Below are positions 10,901 to 20,019 of a stretch of 64,000 nt of DNA, in pieces (the stretch's first letter is position 1; each line of letters begins with the position of its first letter). A model generated the notes under the pieces. The model was given only the letters and a program-made list of their open reading frames with translations, ran no database searches and had not been told where the DNA came from. Origin of the DNA: Histomonas meleagridis 2922-C6/04-290x (lineage: Eukaryota; Protista; Parabasalia); assembly GCA_020184695.1 (NCBI GenBank), contig JAANOX010000014.1, forward strand, positions 1 through 64,000, given 5' to 3'. Made by a program: the position numbers and the translations under genes.

Positions 10901-13097
10901 TTTAAATAATTTAAATAAAAATGATGTTGAAAATGTAATAAATTATATAAATGAAAAAGAAAAATTTTATTTTTATCGAATATTATATTCAATATTAAAT
11001 TGTCTTGAAACATTTTTTTTAACAAATAATATAATTGATCCATTATTTGATGAGAAACTTAAAAATTTATATAAACAAATTCATATGAAACATGAGAATA
11101 ATAAATATATAATAACTAATAAAAGATATATATTAAATTGGGAAACTAAATTTTTTTATGAATCAAATGAAAATGATCGAAATGAGTTATTAATACGAAT
11201 GAAAATGTTTGATTTATTAAATATAAATTTTTTACAATTATTAATATCACAAATACATTTAAAATTTGTATATTTTTTATTACTTGAAAATATGAATATA
11301 AAACAAATTAATGTTTTAAGTTCTATTTCATTAATAAATAATGAAATATATAAAAAACATTTAAATATTTTCGATAATGAAATAATAAAAAAAGTTAATA
11401 AAAGTTTAGTACCGAAAGATGAATCACCAACGAAATCAATGAAATTAATAAATGATCAAAAATTTAATCAAGTAACATATGATATACTTCATAATTCGAT
11501 TGATATATTATTAATTAATGCACAAATTAAATCTATAAAACAAAAAATTGATGAAATTAATAAATTAAATTTAGAAATTGAGAAATCAGAAAAAATTAAT
11601 TTTGAAAATAATATAATTAAAATAAATTCAAATTTTGTACCATTAAATAATTTAAATATTATAGTGCCTAATCAAATTAGTGACCAATTTAATCAAGAAA
11701 TGAATTATAATAAAATGATAATAATCGAAACAATTTCCAAAATTCTACAAAATAAAAATTTAAATAAACTTCAGAATGATTTCAAAAGTATTTCAAATTT
11801 GTTAACAAAATTTATAAACATTTCAATTTCTAAACAGAATTTTTCTTGGAAACAAAACATATATAAAATCAATTTTATGATAAATAAAAACAACGAAAAA
11901 ATTAATACCTTAGGTGTTATTGCGAATTACCATAAATTAAAACTTCAACAACAAAATGAATCAGAAATTATCTACAAACTGAACGATAGATTAATTCTGT
12001 CAAATTCTATTCGTTCAAAATTGAATATGATTAGAAGAAAACGTTTAAATAAAGAATTGAAAATTGAAAAGGCAATTAAAAATGAATTTGGGCAGTTAAT
12101 AAGCGATTTAAAAAATTCTATAAATTCATTTAAAAATTTGAAATGGAAATTCGAAACTAAGGAGAACGTTTATGAATTGATTCAAAATAAAATTAACGTA
12201 ACAAAAACTTTTATAAATCAAAATCCGAAAGAAATTGATACATTACTTAAATCTAATTTTAATATTAAATTAAACGGAACATTTTTTGAAGAAATATCAA
12301 AAAAGAATAATGAAATGTTAAAACAAATTTTATTGATTAGAATTTTTAATTTATTTTCGAAAGTTACAATAAAAAGAAAATATGAAAATGAAATGTCTGA
12401 AATGTATGAAGAAATAAAACAATTAAACTCTGAGTTATTAGAACAGAAAATAAATTTCAAAGAAATCGAAAACAAAAACAAAACAAAAAATTTAAATTTA
12501 TATTATAACTTAAGCGAATTACAAATAGAAATTAACAAATTAAATAAAAAATTGGAAGAAGAAAAAAATGAAAATATTAAATTAATTCATTGGAAAGCTG
12601 CACATTTAAAAGATACCGAAATTTTAAAAAATAAAATAAATGAATTAAAAGGTGTCGATGATATAAACATCGGCAATTTATTAATAAAACTCGATAGTGC
12701 ATATACAGAACTTCAAGAAATTAAAAAATATGAAAATGAAATTAACGAAATTTTGAATGACGATAACAATAAAACATTGAAAACTTGGGAGAAAACTCAA
12801 AAAGTCAAAAAAGTGACAGAAATGGAAAAATTAAAATTATTAAATATAACAAAAAATAATAATGAAACTCAACCAAATTTTGGTCTGATACAAAACTTAA
12901 AAACAGAGAATTTGAATTTAATTGAAGAAAATAAAAAAATTTTATCAAAAATTAATGAATTAGAATCATCAAGAAATAAAAAATCGGAAGCAATGAAAAT
13001 GTTAATGGAACAAACAATTAATCAAAAGCCACCTTCATTAAGACAAAGACAAATAAAACTTAATAAAATTGTCAAACCAAATTTTCATAAAAAATAA
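7965..13097 (+). CDS. Large coiled-coil protein, possibly CCDC162/DUF4549-like
   Basis: 1710-aa ORF with a C-terminal heptad region. The segment LETKCKLINVLYEICEH...IIENIINEKPNFNL resembles a CCDC162 block as I remember it. Head-to-head with the LMW-PTP gene, 65 bp apart. Confidence 0.75.
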   Translation: MKEPTEAELELIYKKYQTIVENKLSSSTSVNLLKYIKFLNSNSINKFRDFRENFLNQFINPCKIPKSISKTDEVLSYFKEIPDINSKKSFQLFFTKEIGRCKRIRNKVLSRCQETNFLNNSKFYSKFDHSITSHINSCEEGLNRLSSSSVLLRLKTFFHQHQRNDFLTRIFRRIKRIPLTSIQKVHETAFELIQQSFKSDNNIPYIISDENVLDQELLKLSTKFSINFDTSTNNGQYFLYNCTKAFKNISNKTNFFNLSVKDLITINKSNYSIFELLQHSINLDITKDLTLNKIFTNLINMNKDDVLSYIDFKNISISKLPEFKVISLYLLRFLHIKLLNNFILLQINYIENVRYSLTHINNKHRIKRLETYPQINEIIDNETNETFLYNSTKIIYEQVIEQLILIGSYYIRKYEENNLTNSNEIDKIKIIEKLLKYQFLYLETKCKLINVLYEICEHKDNNKNKEIIENIINEKPNFNLPIYNFFDSPFKLLIKLMKHKYKTIQLLMNSQILYERNLSLTNGNEIPLFDCPYKNFPINIFEVYESLTKILKIFEITSNVSLGICAISNIKEFKYYNYIELSIYKEIISIKSNNIFEFNYNFNFKLSDSLNSLFISNYFNLINDLNEENDLNRILSVEKFLFLLNHLKKLIFETDLLQKIYFEQCDFIGITEKNYNFKAFNQNENINELNEFDVLDFSYLKFENIKINFCDMNFIKEIIRKNDFSLMNKLIQTQKLQNIILETSINFNNFFVLTNFFVNYFELTNDSTIFLTSYNQIHDEKSLKHYIANKIFYQSNTLYEDNQKIQNNKNLYFLNIFNIESKTRTILRIHSKQKNIINDELYELYLNEIFESFLTFLYRFEISVIFNLERQQLLKNSLMNIYILGPNSNNNIINENGEFEYYFYVPNWIECYEIVSKSPITKQLIILKNLLKFVKSRFHIYNMIRFEFSLSQRIQTIFLDLYNENFHFNTSKFQILFSDLNNLNKNDVENVINYINEKEKFYFYRILYSILNCLETFFLTNNIIDPLFDEKLKNLYKQIHMKHENNKYIITNKRYILNWETKFFYESNENDRNELLIRMKMFDLLNINFLQLLISQIHLKFVYFLLLENMNIKQINVLSSISLINNEIYKKHLNIFDNEIIKKVNKSLVPKDESPTKSMKLINDQKFNQVTYDILHNSIDILLINAQIKSIKQKIDEINKLNLEIEKSEKINFENNIIKINSNFVPLNNLNIIVPNQISDQFNQEMNYNKMIIIETISKILQNKNLNKLQNDFKSISNLLTKFINISISKQNFSWKQNIYKINFMINKNNEKINTLGVIANYHKLKLQQQNESEIIYKLNDRLILSNSIRSKLNMIRRKRLNKELKIEKAIKNEFGQLISDLKNSINSFKNLKWKFETKENVYELIQNKINVTKTFINQNPKEIDTLLKSNFNIKLNGTFFEEISKKNNEMLKQILLIRIFNLFSKVTIKRKYENEMSEMYEEIKQLNSELLEQKINFKEIENKNKTKNLNLYYNLSELQIEINKLNKKLEEEKNENIKLIHWKAAHLKDTEILKNKINELKGVDDINIGNLLIKLDSAYTELQEIKKYENEINEILNDDNNKTLKTWEKTQKVKKVTEMEKLKLLNITKNNNETQPNFGLIQNLKTENLNLIEENKKILSKINELESSRNKKSEAMKMLMEQTINQKPPSLRQRQIKLNKIVKPNFHKK

Positions 13098-13334
13098 AAA
13101 AATGTTGTAAACATTGAAAAAGTCGCATCATTAAATAGAAATTTCTATCGGCATATTATGTCTTTTAAAACACAAAAAAACATTTTGTTTATATATTAAA
13201 TAATATCTTTTAAAAAAAAAATATTTTTTTAATTTTATGCTATTGTTTATATAATACTGATGAAATTGATAGACCGAATTTGTTCAATTAATTTCAAGTG
13301 TATTGCGTAACAATTGCCAGGAAAGAATATTTTA

Positions 13335-13859
13335 TCATTTCGCAGAATAAACAGTTGAAAAGTTTATGGAAGGGAGATTTCCTCGTCCAATAATATCAAA
13401 ACATTGTGGTGGAGCTTTGTCAGCGCCAAACAATGCTGGCGAAAATTCTCGCTGAAGTACTTGCTCTGGCTGCTGTTGTGGTCGTTGTTGAGTTTGTGGT
13501 TGTTGTATTTTTTGAGTATTTGAAACATTTTGTGTTTTGGCAGCTTTTGTAACCTTCGGTTTTGGTGGGTTTGTCCATTGATTTTGGCCATCTATATATT
13601 GTTGGTATAACTTGGCTTGTTGTTGACTTTGAATCATCTGCTCTTTACTATAAACTTGTGGGTGGATAAACTCTATATTTTGTCGCTGAGGGTATGGTTG
13701 TGGAATTGCTACCCATTGAATCATTTGTTGTTGATATGGAATATAATAGCCAACTTGATCATAAGGGATTAGTGTAGGATTGGCATTTCCAGCAACCAAT
13801 CCTTGCATTTGAGGTTGATTTACCATGTTAAAATTCATAACTTGGTTTCCCATGTTCAT
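13335..13859 (-). CDS. Gln/Pro-rich hypothetical protein, paralog A
   Basis: 174-aa ORF. It shares YDQVG.(Y/F)IPYQQQMIQWVAIPQP and REF.PALFGADK.PP.CFDIIGRGNLPSINFSTVYS.K with 27820..28356. Confidence 0.85.
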   Translation of the reverse strand: MNMGNQVMNFNMVNQPQMQGLVAGNANPTLIPYDQVGYYIPYQQQMIQWVAIPQPYPQRQNIEFIHPQVYSKEQMIQSQQQAKLYQQYIDGQNQWTNPPKPKVTKAAKTQNVSNTQKIQQPQTQQRPQQQPEQVLQREFSPALFGADKAPPQCFDIIGRGNLPSINFSTVYSAK

Positions 13860-14709
13860 GATTTGTTATGATGGCAAAAACTTTTTGTGAGCCAATATTC
13901 TGAACAGCACTGATCATTTTTCAAATATTTTCTATGATTATAGAAAATTCTGTAGTAATTGAGTGCTGGTTTTTGGTTTTGGTAAAAAACCGTTATTTTG
14001 ACCACTTTTTGCAAAGCGAGTCCGATAAAGTATCGTGCGTTTAAATTCAAATCATGTTTGGCCAATCGTATGAGATGATTCATGATAAAAATCATCTATA
14101 AAATTTAATTTTAATAACCCTTTATTATTTTAAAATAGAAAATTATTACTTTCAAAATATATATGTGTATTTTAATCATGGCCATTAATTGTTTCATCCT
14201 GATTTGAAGAAACATTATTTTAGGATAATTTTTCTTAACGAAAATTCCAAAGCCATTCTTTGCAGCAATTCGTTAAGCACATATTTCCTCATTGTTCAAA
14301 CACTTAATAACAATAGCGATTGTCGTCCTTTTTAGTTTAAACTTTCATATCAATTTCTACTAAAATACATCTCTTGTGTTTGCGTATGGTTTTCTAAGAA
14401 TTCTATCAGATAATTCTTTTCAGATCTGATAATTTATAATTTTTCGTGATAATGAGGAAATTTGTGAATGTAATAGACATATATTTCTTATGAATAGTTG
14501 ATGGAATATATGTCGTGCTTTTTGATTTTTTAATTTAAAAATAATGGTAAAGCTTGGAAATGACCGTTAAAAGGAATTCGACACTTTACTCAAGCACATT
14601 TTGAACGTAACCGTCACACTCCAAAAAGTTCACGCGAAATAAAGTGGTTTCTTTCTTAAATTTCAGTATACACAGATTTTCTTCTCACAAAACAAAAAAA
14701 ATGTGAATA

Positions 14710-14717
14710 AACCGTTA
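14710..14717 (+). promoter_or_regulatory. M3-like (Myb-recognition-like) core promoter motif AACCGTTA
   Basis: The same (A/G)ACSGTT motif lies about 15-50 nt upstream of several starts (27183-90, 19893-900, 42225-32, 50867-74, 57612-19); it matches the T. vaginalis motif 3 class. Confidence 0.55.
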
Positions 14718-14732
14718 ACTATCGGGCAGATA

Positions 14733-16052
14733 ATGAGCACGCAAGAGGGAGTCATCAAACAAGGCTATGCAGGCAAACTTGGTGGTATTTTCAAAACATT
14801 TAGAAAGCGGTGGTTTGTTCTCCAAGGAGAAGAACTTAAATATTACAAGAAACCAGGTCATCGAGTTGTTGGGTTCATTAACATCAAAGAAGCAGAAGAA
14901 TTAGGGATTGATCCTAAAAGCAAACATCAAAATGGTATATTTATACGCGAAATCAAACGAGTTCATAACATTCTTTATTCCACACCACAAGAAGCGCAAG
15001 AATGGTTAAAAGCATTAACAATAGTTAAACAAGGTGTTAAAAAAGCAGATGTTAAAATCACAGATTTTACTGTTCTTAAAGTTATTGGACGAGGAGCTTA
15101 TGGTAAAGTTCAATTAGTTCGACATAATGGTGATGGCCAAATATATGCGTTAAAATCATTATCGAAACGTCTTTTAGCACAATATGATCTTATTGGTCGT
15201 ACATTAACAGAAAGGAACACGTTAATTACAGCCAACCATCCATTCATCACGTCAGCGCGTTATTCATTTCAATCAGACACCAAATTATTTTTAGCGTTAG
15301 AATATGTTCCCGGTGGAGAACTCTTTGCGCGACTTCGCGAAGAACGAAAATTTCCAGAGCATCGTGTTAAACTTTATGTTGCTCAGTTAACACTTGCGAT
15401 TGGATATTTACATTCTATTGGTATTATCCATCGAGATCTTAAGCCAGAGAACATCTTAGTTGACAAAGATGGATATCTTAAGATTACAGATTTTGGTCTT
15501 GTTAAAGAGAAGATGAACGATAGTAATGCCAAGACGAGCACATTCTGCGGCACACCAGACTACATTGCGCCAGAGATGATTCTTTCCAAGCCATACAACA
15601 AGTCAGTTGACTGGTGGTCGATGGGTATTCTTACTTACGAAATGTTATATGGCTATCCTCCATTTTACAATTCGAACACCAATGCGATGTATCGTGCGAT
15701 ATTAAATGATCCATTGGAATTTCCGAAAGGCGGTACAACGTACGCGAAGGACTTCATCAGCCAACTTCTTAATCGAGACCCAGAGAAAAGACTTGGCTCA
15801 GGCCCGACAGAAGTCGAAGAGATCAAAATGCATCCGTTCTTTTCAGACGTTGACTGGAAACAACTTCTTCTGAAGGCGATTCCAATGGAGTGGAAACCAG
15901 ACTTGAGCAGCACAACAGACACGTCGCAGTTCGACAAGGAGTTCACAGAGGAACAGCCAGTTGTGTCGTATGAAAACCCAGACTTAATCAGCTCAGAAAC
16001 ACAGAAAATGTTGGAAGGATTCACAATGGAGAACACAAATGTTATTGACTAA
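14733..16052 (+). CDS. PH-domain AGC-family Ser/Thr kinase (Akt/PKB-like), intact copy
   Basis: N-terminal PH domain (KLGGIFKTFRKRWFVL...WLKAL), [35 protein letters not shown], and an AGC C-tail ending LEGFTM. The likely start is ATG 14733, shared with copy 2. Confidence 0.95.
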   Translation: MSTQEGVIKQGYAGKLGGIFKTFRKRWFVLQGEELKYYKKPGHRVVGFINIKEAEELGIDPKSKHQNGIFIREIKRVHNILYSTPQEAQEWLKALTIVKQGVKKADVKITDFTVLKVIGRGAYGKVQLVRHNGDGQIYALKSLSKRLLAQYDLIGRTLTERNTLITANHPFITSARYSFQSDTKLFLALEYVPGGELFARLREERKFPEHRVKLYVAQLTLAIGYLHSIGIIHRDLKPENILVDKDGYLKITDFGLVKEKMNDSNAKTSTFCGTPDYIAPEMILSKPYNKSVDWWSMGILTYEMLYGYPPFYNSNTNAMYRAILNDPLEFPKGGTTYAKDFISQLLNRDPEKRLGSGPTEVEEIKMHPFFSDVDWKQLLLKAIPMEWKPDLSSTTDTSQFDKEFTEEQPVVSYENPDLISSETQKMLEGFTMENTNVID

Positions 16053-16728
16053 GGCGAATTTATTTAAATTTGGCGAACATCCAAACGAAATAAATAAAAA
16101 AATAAACGGAACAAATAAACGAATTCTTTTGAGATAAACTAATAGAAAAATAACAAAAAGTGAAAAGTTTCCAACTTTGGACTTCCAAAACAGAATTAGC
16201 TTTAGTTTTAATGGGGTTCTCAATTTATTATAACATTTGCGATAAAGGAAAAACATTTTATTATACTTTTTAAAAAATAATTTGAGCATTTTTAATGTGA
16301 ATTATAAATGTTATATCATTAAATGAGTTTCTGAAAAAGCCAATATTTATCAACACTATTTAGTTTTATCAATTTTTAGTTATGTTAGACAAAAAAAAAT
16401 GATATACTTCTTGTAACAAATTAATTTGGATTTAAATTTAATTAAAGAGATATATATTTATGACTAAATTAAAATGGGACATATTTTATAGTCGCAAGAG
16501 CTTATGTGTTGATAAATATTTTTTCAGCTAGTCATGAAATTGTAATTTACCAGCACATTTTCATATTTTATTACCATGCCTTCAAATATTTATACCCAAC
16601 GATATTCCCCATCTTAAAGTTATTTAAACACATTCAAAGTTAAGATTTCCTATTTCTGGAATCATCAAATTGAGTCGTAGATTTTGATTTGAAACTTTTT
16701 CAGAAAGTTTTAATCCGGCCAGCAGAAA

Positions 16729-18084
16729 ATGACCAGCACAGACGAAGAAAGAATTCAAAAAATTCGAACCCAGATATTTGGCGAAAAGCCAGACCCTAAA
16801 ATGAAGTTTGCTGTGAAAGTTTGGAGAATTTTACAATATACATCAAATTCACCAGAAGATGTCGGAATTGTCGGTGCTTCTTGGTGTAAAGATGGTGTGC
16901 ACTTTATTGCGCACACACAAATACTTGCAAATTTTTTGGCATTAAAACCAAATTCAATCAATACAAATTTTCGAAAACATTACTTCAAAATTGAAGAAAG
17001 TAACTTCTACGAAATTATAGAAGAGTTCAAAGCCGTCCAACTTCCTGATACAAAAAATTGGAATAAGAGAGTAAATTGTCAATTTAATTTCACGAAAGAT
17101 TCAACAGAACAAGAGATTATGTCAATTCCAATCTGCAACAATATTCCAAAAATAGTAGAAATCAAACCAAAAAATAGTTTACTTCCACCAAATACATTAA
17201 CATTACTTTTTGATAATGATGACATGCAAAGAGATGTACAAAACTTATTTTCCAAGGTATACGGTATGTCTGAATCATGGAAAATTCAATTTCTTGTACG
17301 TGCCACAGATGAATGGCTTATTTTTTCTTCATCAAATCTTGAGGTTGATTTTAAGCAATTTATTCAAGCAGTCATTGAAAAGACGAGGGATTTTAAGCAA
17401 ACAATAAACTGGGAAGTTCTTGAACCAAATATTGTTGATCTATTACTTGGTAGTAATGGTTTATCTCAACGATCTGATAAGGTAACGTTCCTTGATTTCC
17501 TCTCTTTTGAGCTTCGTTTTGGTTTTCTTGATCAAATTGCAGCCAGCGTAAATGAGATATGTGATAAAAGTGACACTTCTGACGGTTTTAGTGAATTTGG
17601 TGACACTTTTCCGACATCTCAACTATCACAAAATTCATATTTCGATCAATATTTCTTTCAACAGTCCCAACATCCTTGCTTTGCGATATGGTTTTTCCCA
17701 TCTAACGATCAAAACATGTCAGTAAGTTATATGAAAGAAAAAAATCTTAATTGGTTGCTTCGAATGGCTTCAACGCATCCAAACTGTTTTACAATACAAG
17801 TTATGAAGCAAGACGAGATCGGAGATGAAGGACTTATTGCAACATATATAATGGTAGATCCATTAGCAGATGAAAATGAAAGATTACTCGCAGAAACATC
17901 ACAAGGAAGTTACACAAAAGCACGAAATTGGAAACAAATGATATCGGAATGCTTGAATTTGCAGTTCCCAGTGATGGCCGGACGACCATTGGAAAGAAAA
18001 AGCATGAAAAGAGTACCGGCAGACATTGTCGCAAACAACGAGGCAGAAAAGAAGAAGCCAGCGGTGTTCGATCTGGGATTTTAA
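16729..18084 (+). CDS. IBP39-family initiator-binding-domain (winged-helix) transcription factor with extended C-terminus
   Basis: N-terminal KFAVKVWRILQY...VGASWCKDG..F....ILANFLALKPNSINTNFRKHYF matches the IBD pattern (F..KL..LL...IGL.W...F...A..MG.K.N.LN.N.R...F). VTFLDFLSFELRFG resembles the IBP39 C-domain. Confidence 0.8.
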   Translation: MTSTDEERIQKIRTQIFGEKPDPKMKFAVKVWRILQYTSNSPEDVGIVGASWCKDGVHFIAHTQILANFLALKPNSINTNFRKHYFKIEESNFYEIIEEFKAVQLPDTKNWNKRVNCQFNFTKDSTEQEIMSIPICNNIPKIVEIKPKNSLLPPNTLTLLFDNDDMQRDVQNLFSKVYGMSESWKIQFLVRATDEWLIFSSSNLEVDFKQFIQAVIEKTRDFKQTINWEVLEPNIVDLLLGSNGLSQRSDKVTFLDFLSFELRFGFLDQIAASVNEICDKSDTSDGFSEFGDTFPTSQLSQNSYFDQYFFQQSQHPCFAIWFFPSNDQNMSVSYMKEKNLNWLLRMASTHPNCFTIQVMKQDEIGDEGLIATYIMVDPLADENERLLAETSQGSYTKARNWKQMISECLNLQFPVMAGRPLERKSMKRVPADIVANNEAEKKKPAVFDLGF

Positions 18085-18199
18085 AGATTATTTGGAAATA
18101 AATTGTGTTAAATAAAAAGAATCTTTGTAGTAATTATCGTAAGCATGATAAAATGGATGAGAAATGATTCATTATAAAATAAATTTTCATTATCAAAGA

Positions 18200-18460
18200 A
18201 ATAAATTGTCAATTTTCAAAAACATTATGATTTAGCAACTTCCAATTTGTAAAAGATAAAATTTTCTGCATTTTAGGCAGAAAATACTTTCTAGTGCAAG
18301 GATCATTATATATATATATATTCCAAGTAATTCTTAATAGTTGTATGAAAGTAGAAAGTCTTTAGTGAGGAAGACAGTTTTTCACTGCGTCTTTATTTAT
18401 CAAAATGCATTATGATATCAAGCATATGTTTAAATTGCTATCGAATAGCAAAATTCTTTC
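18200..18460 (-). repeat. Dispersed intergenic repeat copy A, probably a decayed BspA-LRR relic (partner 37925..38105)
   Basis: Shares AAATACTTTCTAGTGCAAGGATCATT exactly with copy B, plus colinear blocks over about 170-200 nt. The minus-strand translation gives LRR_5-like INKDAVKNC, SFTNW and VFEN*. Confidence 0.7.
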
Positions 18461-18953
18461 ATTTTTCAATATTTATCATTAAGAATTATATAAATAAACT
18501 TGTAAAAATATGAAAATCACACATCCAAAACCCTTTGAAATTTTTGATAAACAAGAAGTTTTGTCTAATAATTTTGAACGCTTGATGAGAACCATAAATT
18601 GGAACGATGATCCCGCAACGATTTTTCATTTATGAAATCAAGATCCTTGTTTAGATGCTGATGGAACTTCTAATATCTCTTCCTGAAATTACTTCGTGGA
18701 TATGTGCTGCATACGCGAACCGTTAAAAGTTTTAATTCTTCATTAATTTCATTACCTGAAATCAAATTTTCAAATCATGTTTTATATCCTGTGGTAATCT
18801 CTAACACGACTTTACGCGAAGATAATACTCCTTTTATAAAACACTTATTTTTGTGGTCGATTAACAATATCTCCACATTCAGGACTTAACCAAATTGATG
18901 AAAATTCCATTTGCAAATCATAAAAAAGAAGATTTTTATTAATAATTAATGAA

Positions 18954-19865
18954 TTAAGCGAAGTAACCAGGAATTTGTTCTTTTGGAATTACTCTTTGTG
19001 AATCAGGGACAGCTTCGAACACCTTAAATTCACACTCCAAGTTCTCGTCTACGTTCATAATCGATGCTTTGTTCCCAGATCGATACATATAATTTGGTGC
19101 TGACCAAACTGTAACAAGTTGTTTTCCGCCGAAGTGCCATTGATAGCCCTCCATAGCGAGTTGGTGCGCACGCGCAATCATTTTTAGACCATTGTTGTGG
19201 CAAAATTCTTGGGTAGGTCTAATTCCAAATAAATATCCGGCACCGCGCTGACTTGTTCCCCACCCTTGGATATCCTCGGGATCACTCCAGCAAATGTCAC
19301 AGATGGGTCCGCTGCTCGGAATTTCGGCACGACGCTCAAAAAGTGCAACTTGATCAACTAATTTAACAGCTGGGCTAAGTCCGCCATGAACACAATAAAG
19401 TTTGTTGTTAATAAGAGCTGCCATTGGCAATAAATCAAAAACTTCGTTACATAATTTCCATGGTCCCGCATGACCAAATCTTAATACTATTTCTTCATAA
19501 AAACCATATAAGGTATTAACTTGTCTACACTCATGGTTGCCACGAAGCATATAAAATCGGTCGGGATATTTGACTTTGTAAGCAAGAAGAAGTGCAAATG
19601 TTTCGATTGAATAATAACCACGATCAACATAATCTCCAAGGAATAAATATTTGGTGTTTGGAGGATCGCCACCTACTTCAAAGAGTCGGAAAACATCATA
19701 AAGTTGACCATGAACGTCACCACAAACAGTTATTGGTGCTGTTAAATTAAGTAAAGTTCCTTCTTGAAATAGGACATCTTGAGCGATTCTAAACAAGCAA
19801 ATTAACTCTCTTTCTTCAAAAGGTTTATGTGCTTTGATTGCTGCAATAAGTTTGTCCAAATCCAT
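18954..19865 (-). CDS. PPP-family Ser/Thr phosphatase catalytic subunit, PP4/PP6 (PP2A-like) type
   Basis: GDVHGQ, GDYVDRG, RGNHE, HGG, RAHQL and WSAPNY motifs; likely start ATG 19865. Confidence 0.95.
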   Translation of the reverse strand: MDLDKLIAAIKAHKPFEERELICLFRIAQDVLFQEGTLLNLTAPITVCGDVHGQLYDVFRLFEVGGDPPNTKYLFLGDYVDRGYYSIETFALLLAYKVKYPDRFYMLRGNHECRQVNTLYGFYEEIVLRFGHAGPWKLCNEVFDLLPMAALINNKLYCVHGGLSPAVKLVDQVALFERRAEIPSSGPICDICWSDPEDIQGWGTSQRGAGYLFGIRPTQEFCHNNGLKMIARAHQLAMEGYQWHFGGKQLVTVWSAPNYMYRSGNKASIMNVDENLECEFKVFEAVPDSQRVIPKEQIPGYFA

Positions 19866-20019
19866 TTTTAAAAGGTGAACAATAAACTCCAAAAACCGTT
19901 TTTAAGTTAACGTATATTGTATTTGTAAAGCATTGAAAATGTTTTGGAAAACGTTTAAAGAATTTTTTAGTTAATCACTTGGAAATCCTTCCAAAGTTTG
20001 TAAAAAAAAGCTTTTGAGT

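Larger units (their letters stand above)
14710..16108 (+). repeat. Left arm of an inverted repeat (partner 25829..27190)
   Basis: Direct comparison shows the kinase CDS and 56 nt of 3' flank are near-identical to the reverse complement of 25829..27165; both copies have AACCGTTA just upstream of the ATG. Confidence 0.9.

Noticed and set aside
14420-14429. Palindrome TCAGATCTGA, also at 63630-63639
   Set aside because: Only two copies found post hoc, at inconsistent distances from start codons; chance is plausible.
14892-14933. 42-nt segment absent from kinase copy 2 as an intron (copy 2 = retrocopy)
   Set aside because: No GT...AG ends and no ACTAAC branch motif; it encodes a plausible PH-domain loop; copy 2 retains upstream synteny.
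15665-16289. Antisense and overlapping ORFs across the window (e.g. 15665..16036, 25901..26310, 43199..43890, 50288..50869, 51235..53857)
   Set aside because: They are shadows of real genes on the other strand or frame, or AT-rich low-complexity ORFs with non-ATG starts and no motifs.
18286-18300. CTAG in the dispersed repeat as a Helitron 3' end
   Set aside because: No GC-rich hairpin just upstream, and homology continues on both sides of the CTAG.
18500-18890. Broken plus-strand reading with a duplicated LISLPEI peptide
   Set aside because: Multiple stops and shifts with no assignable family; too weak to call a pseudogene.
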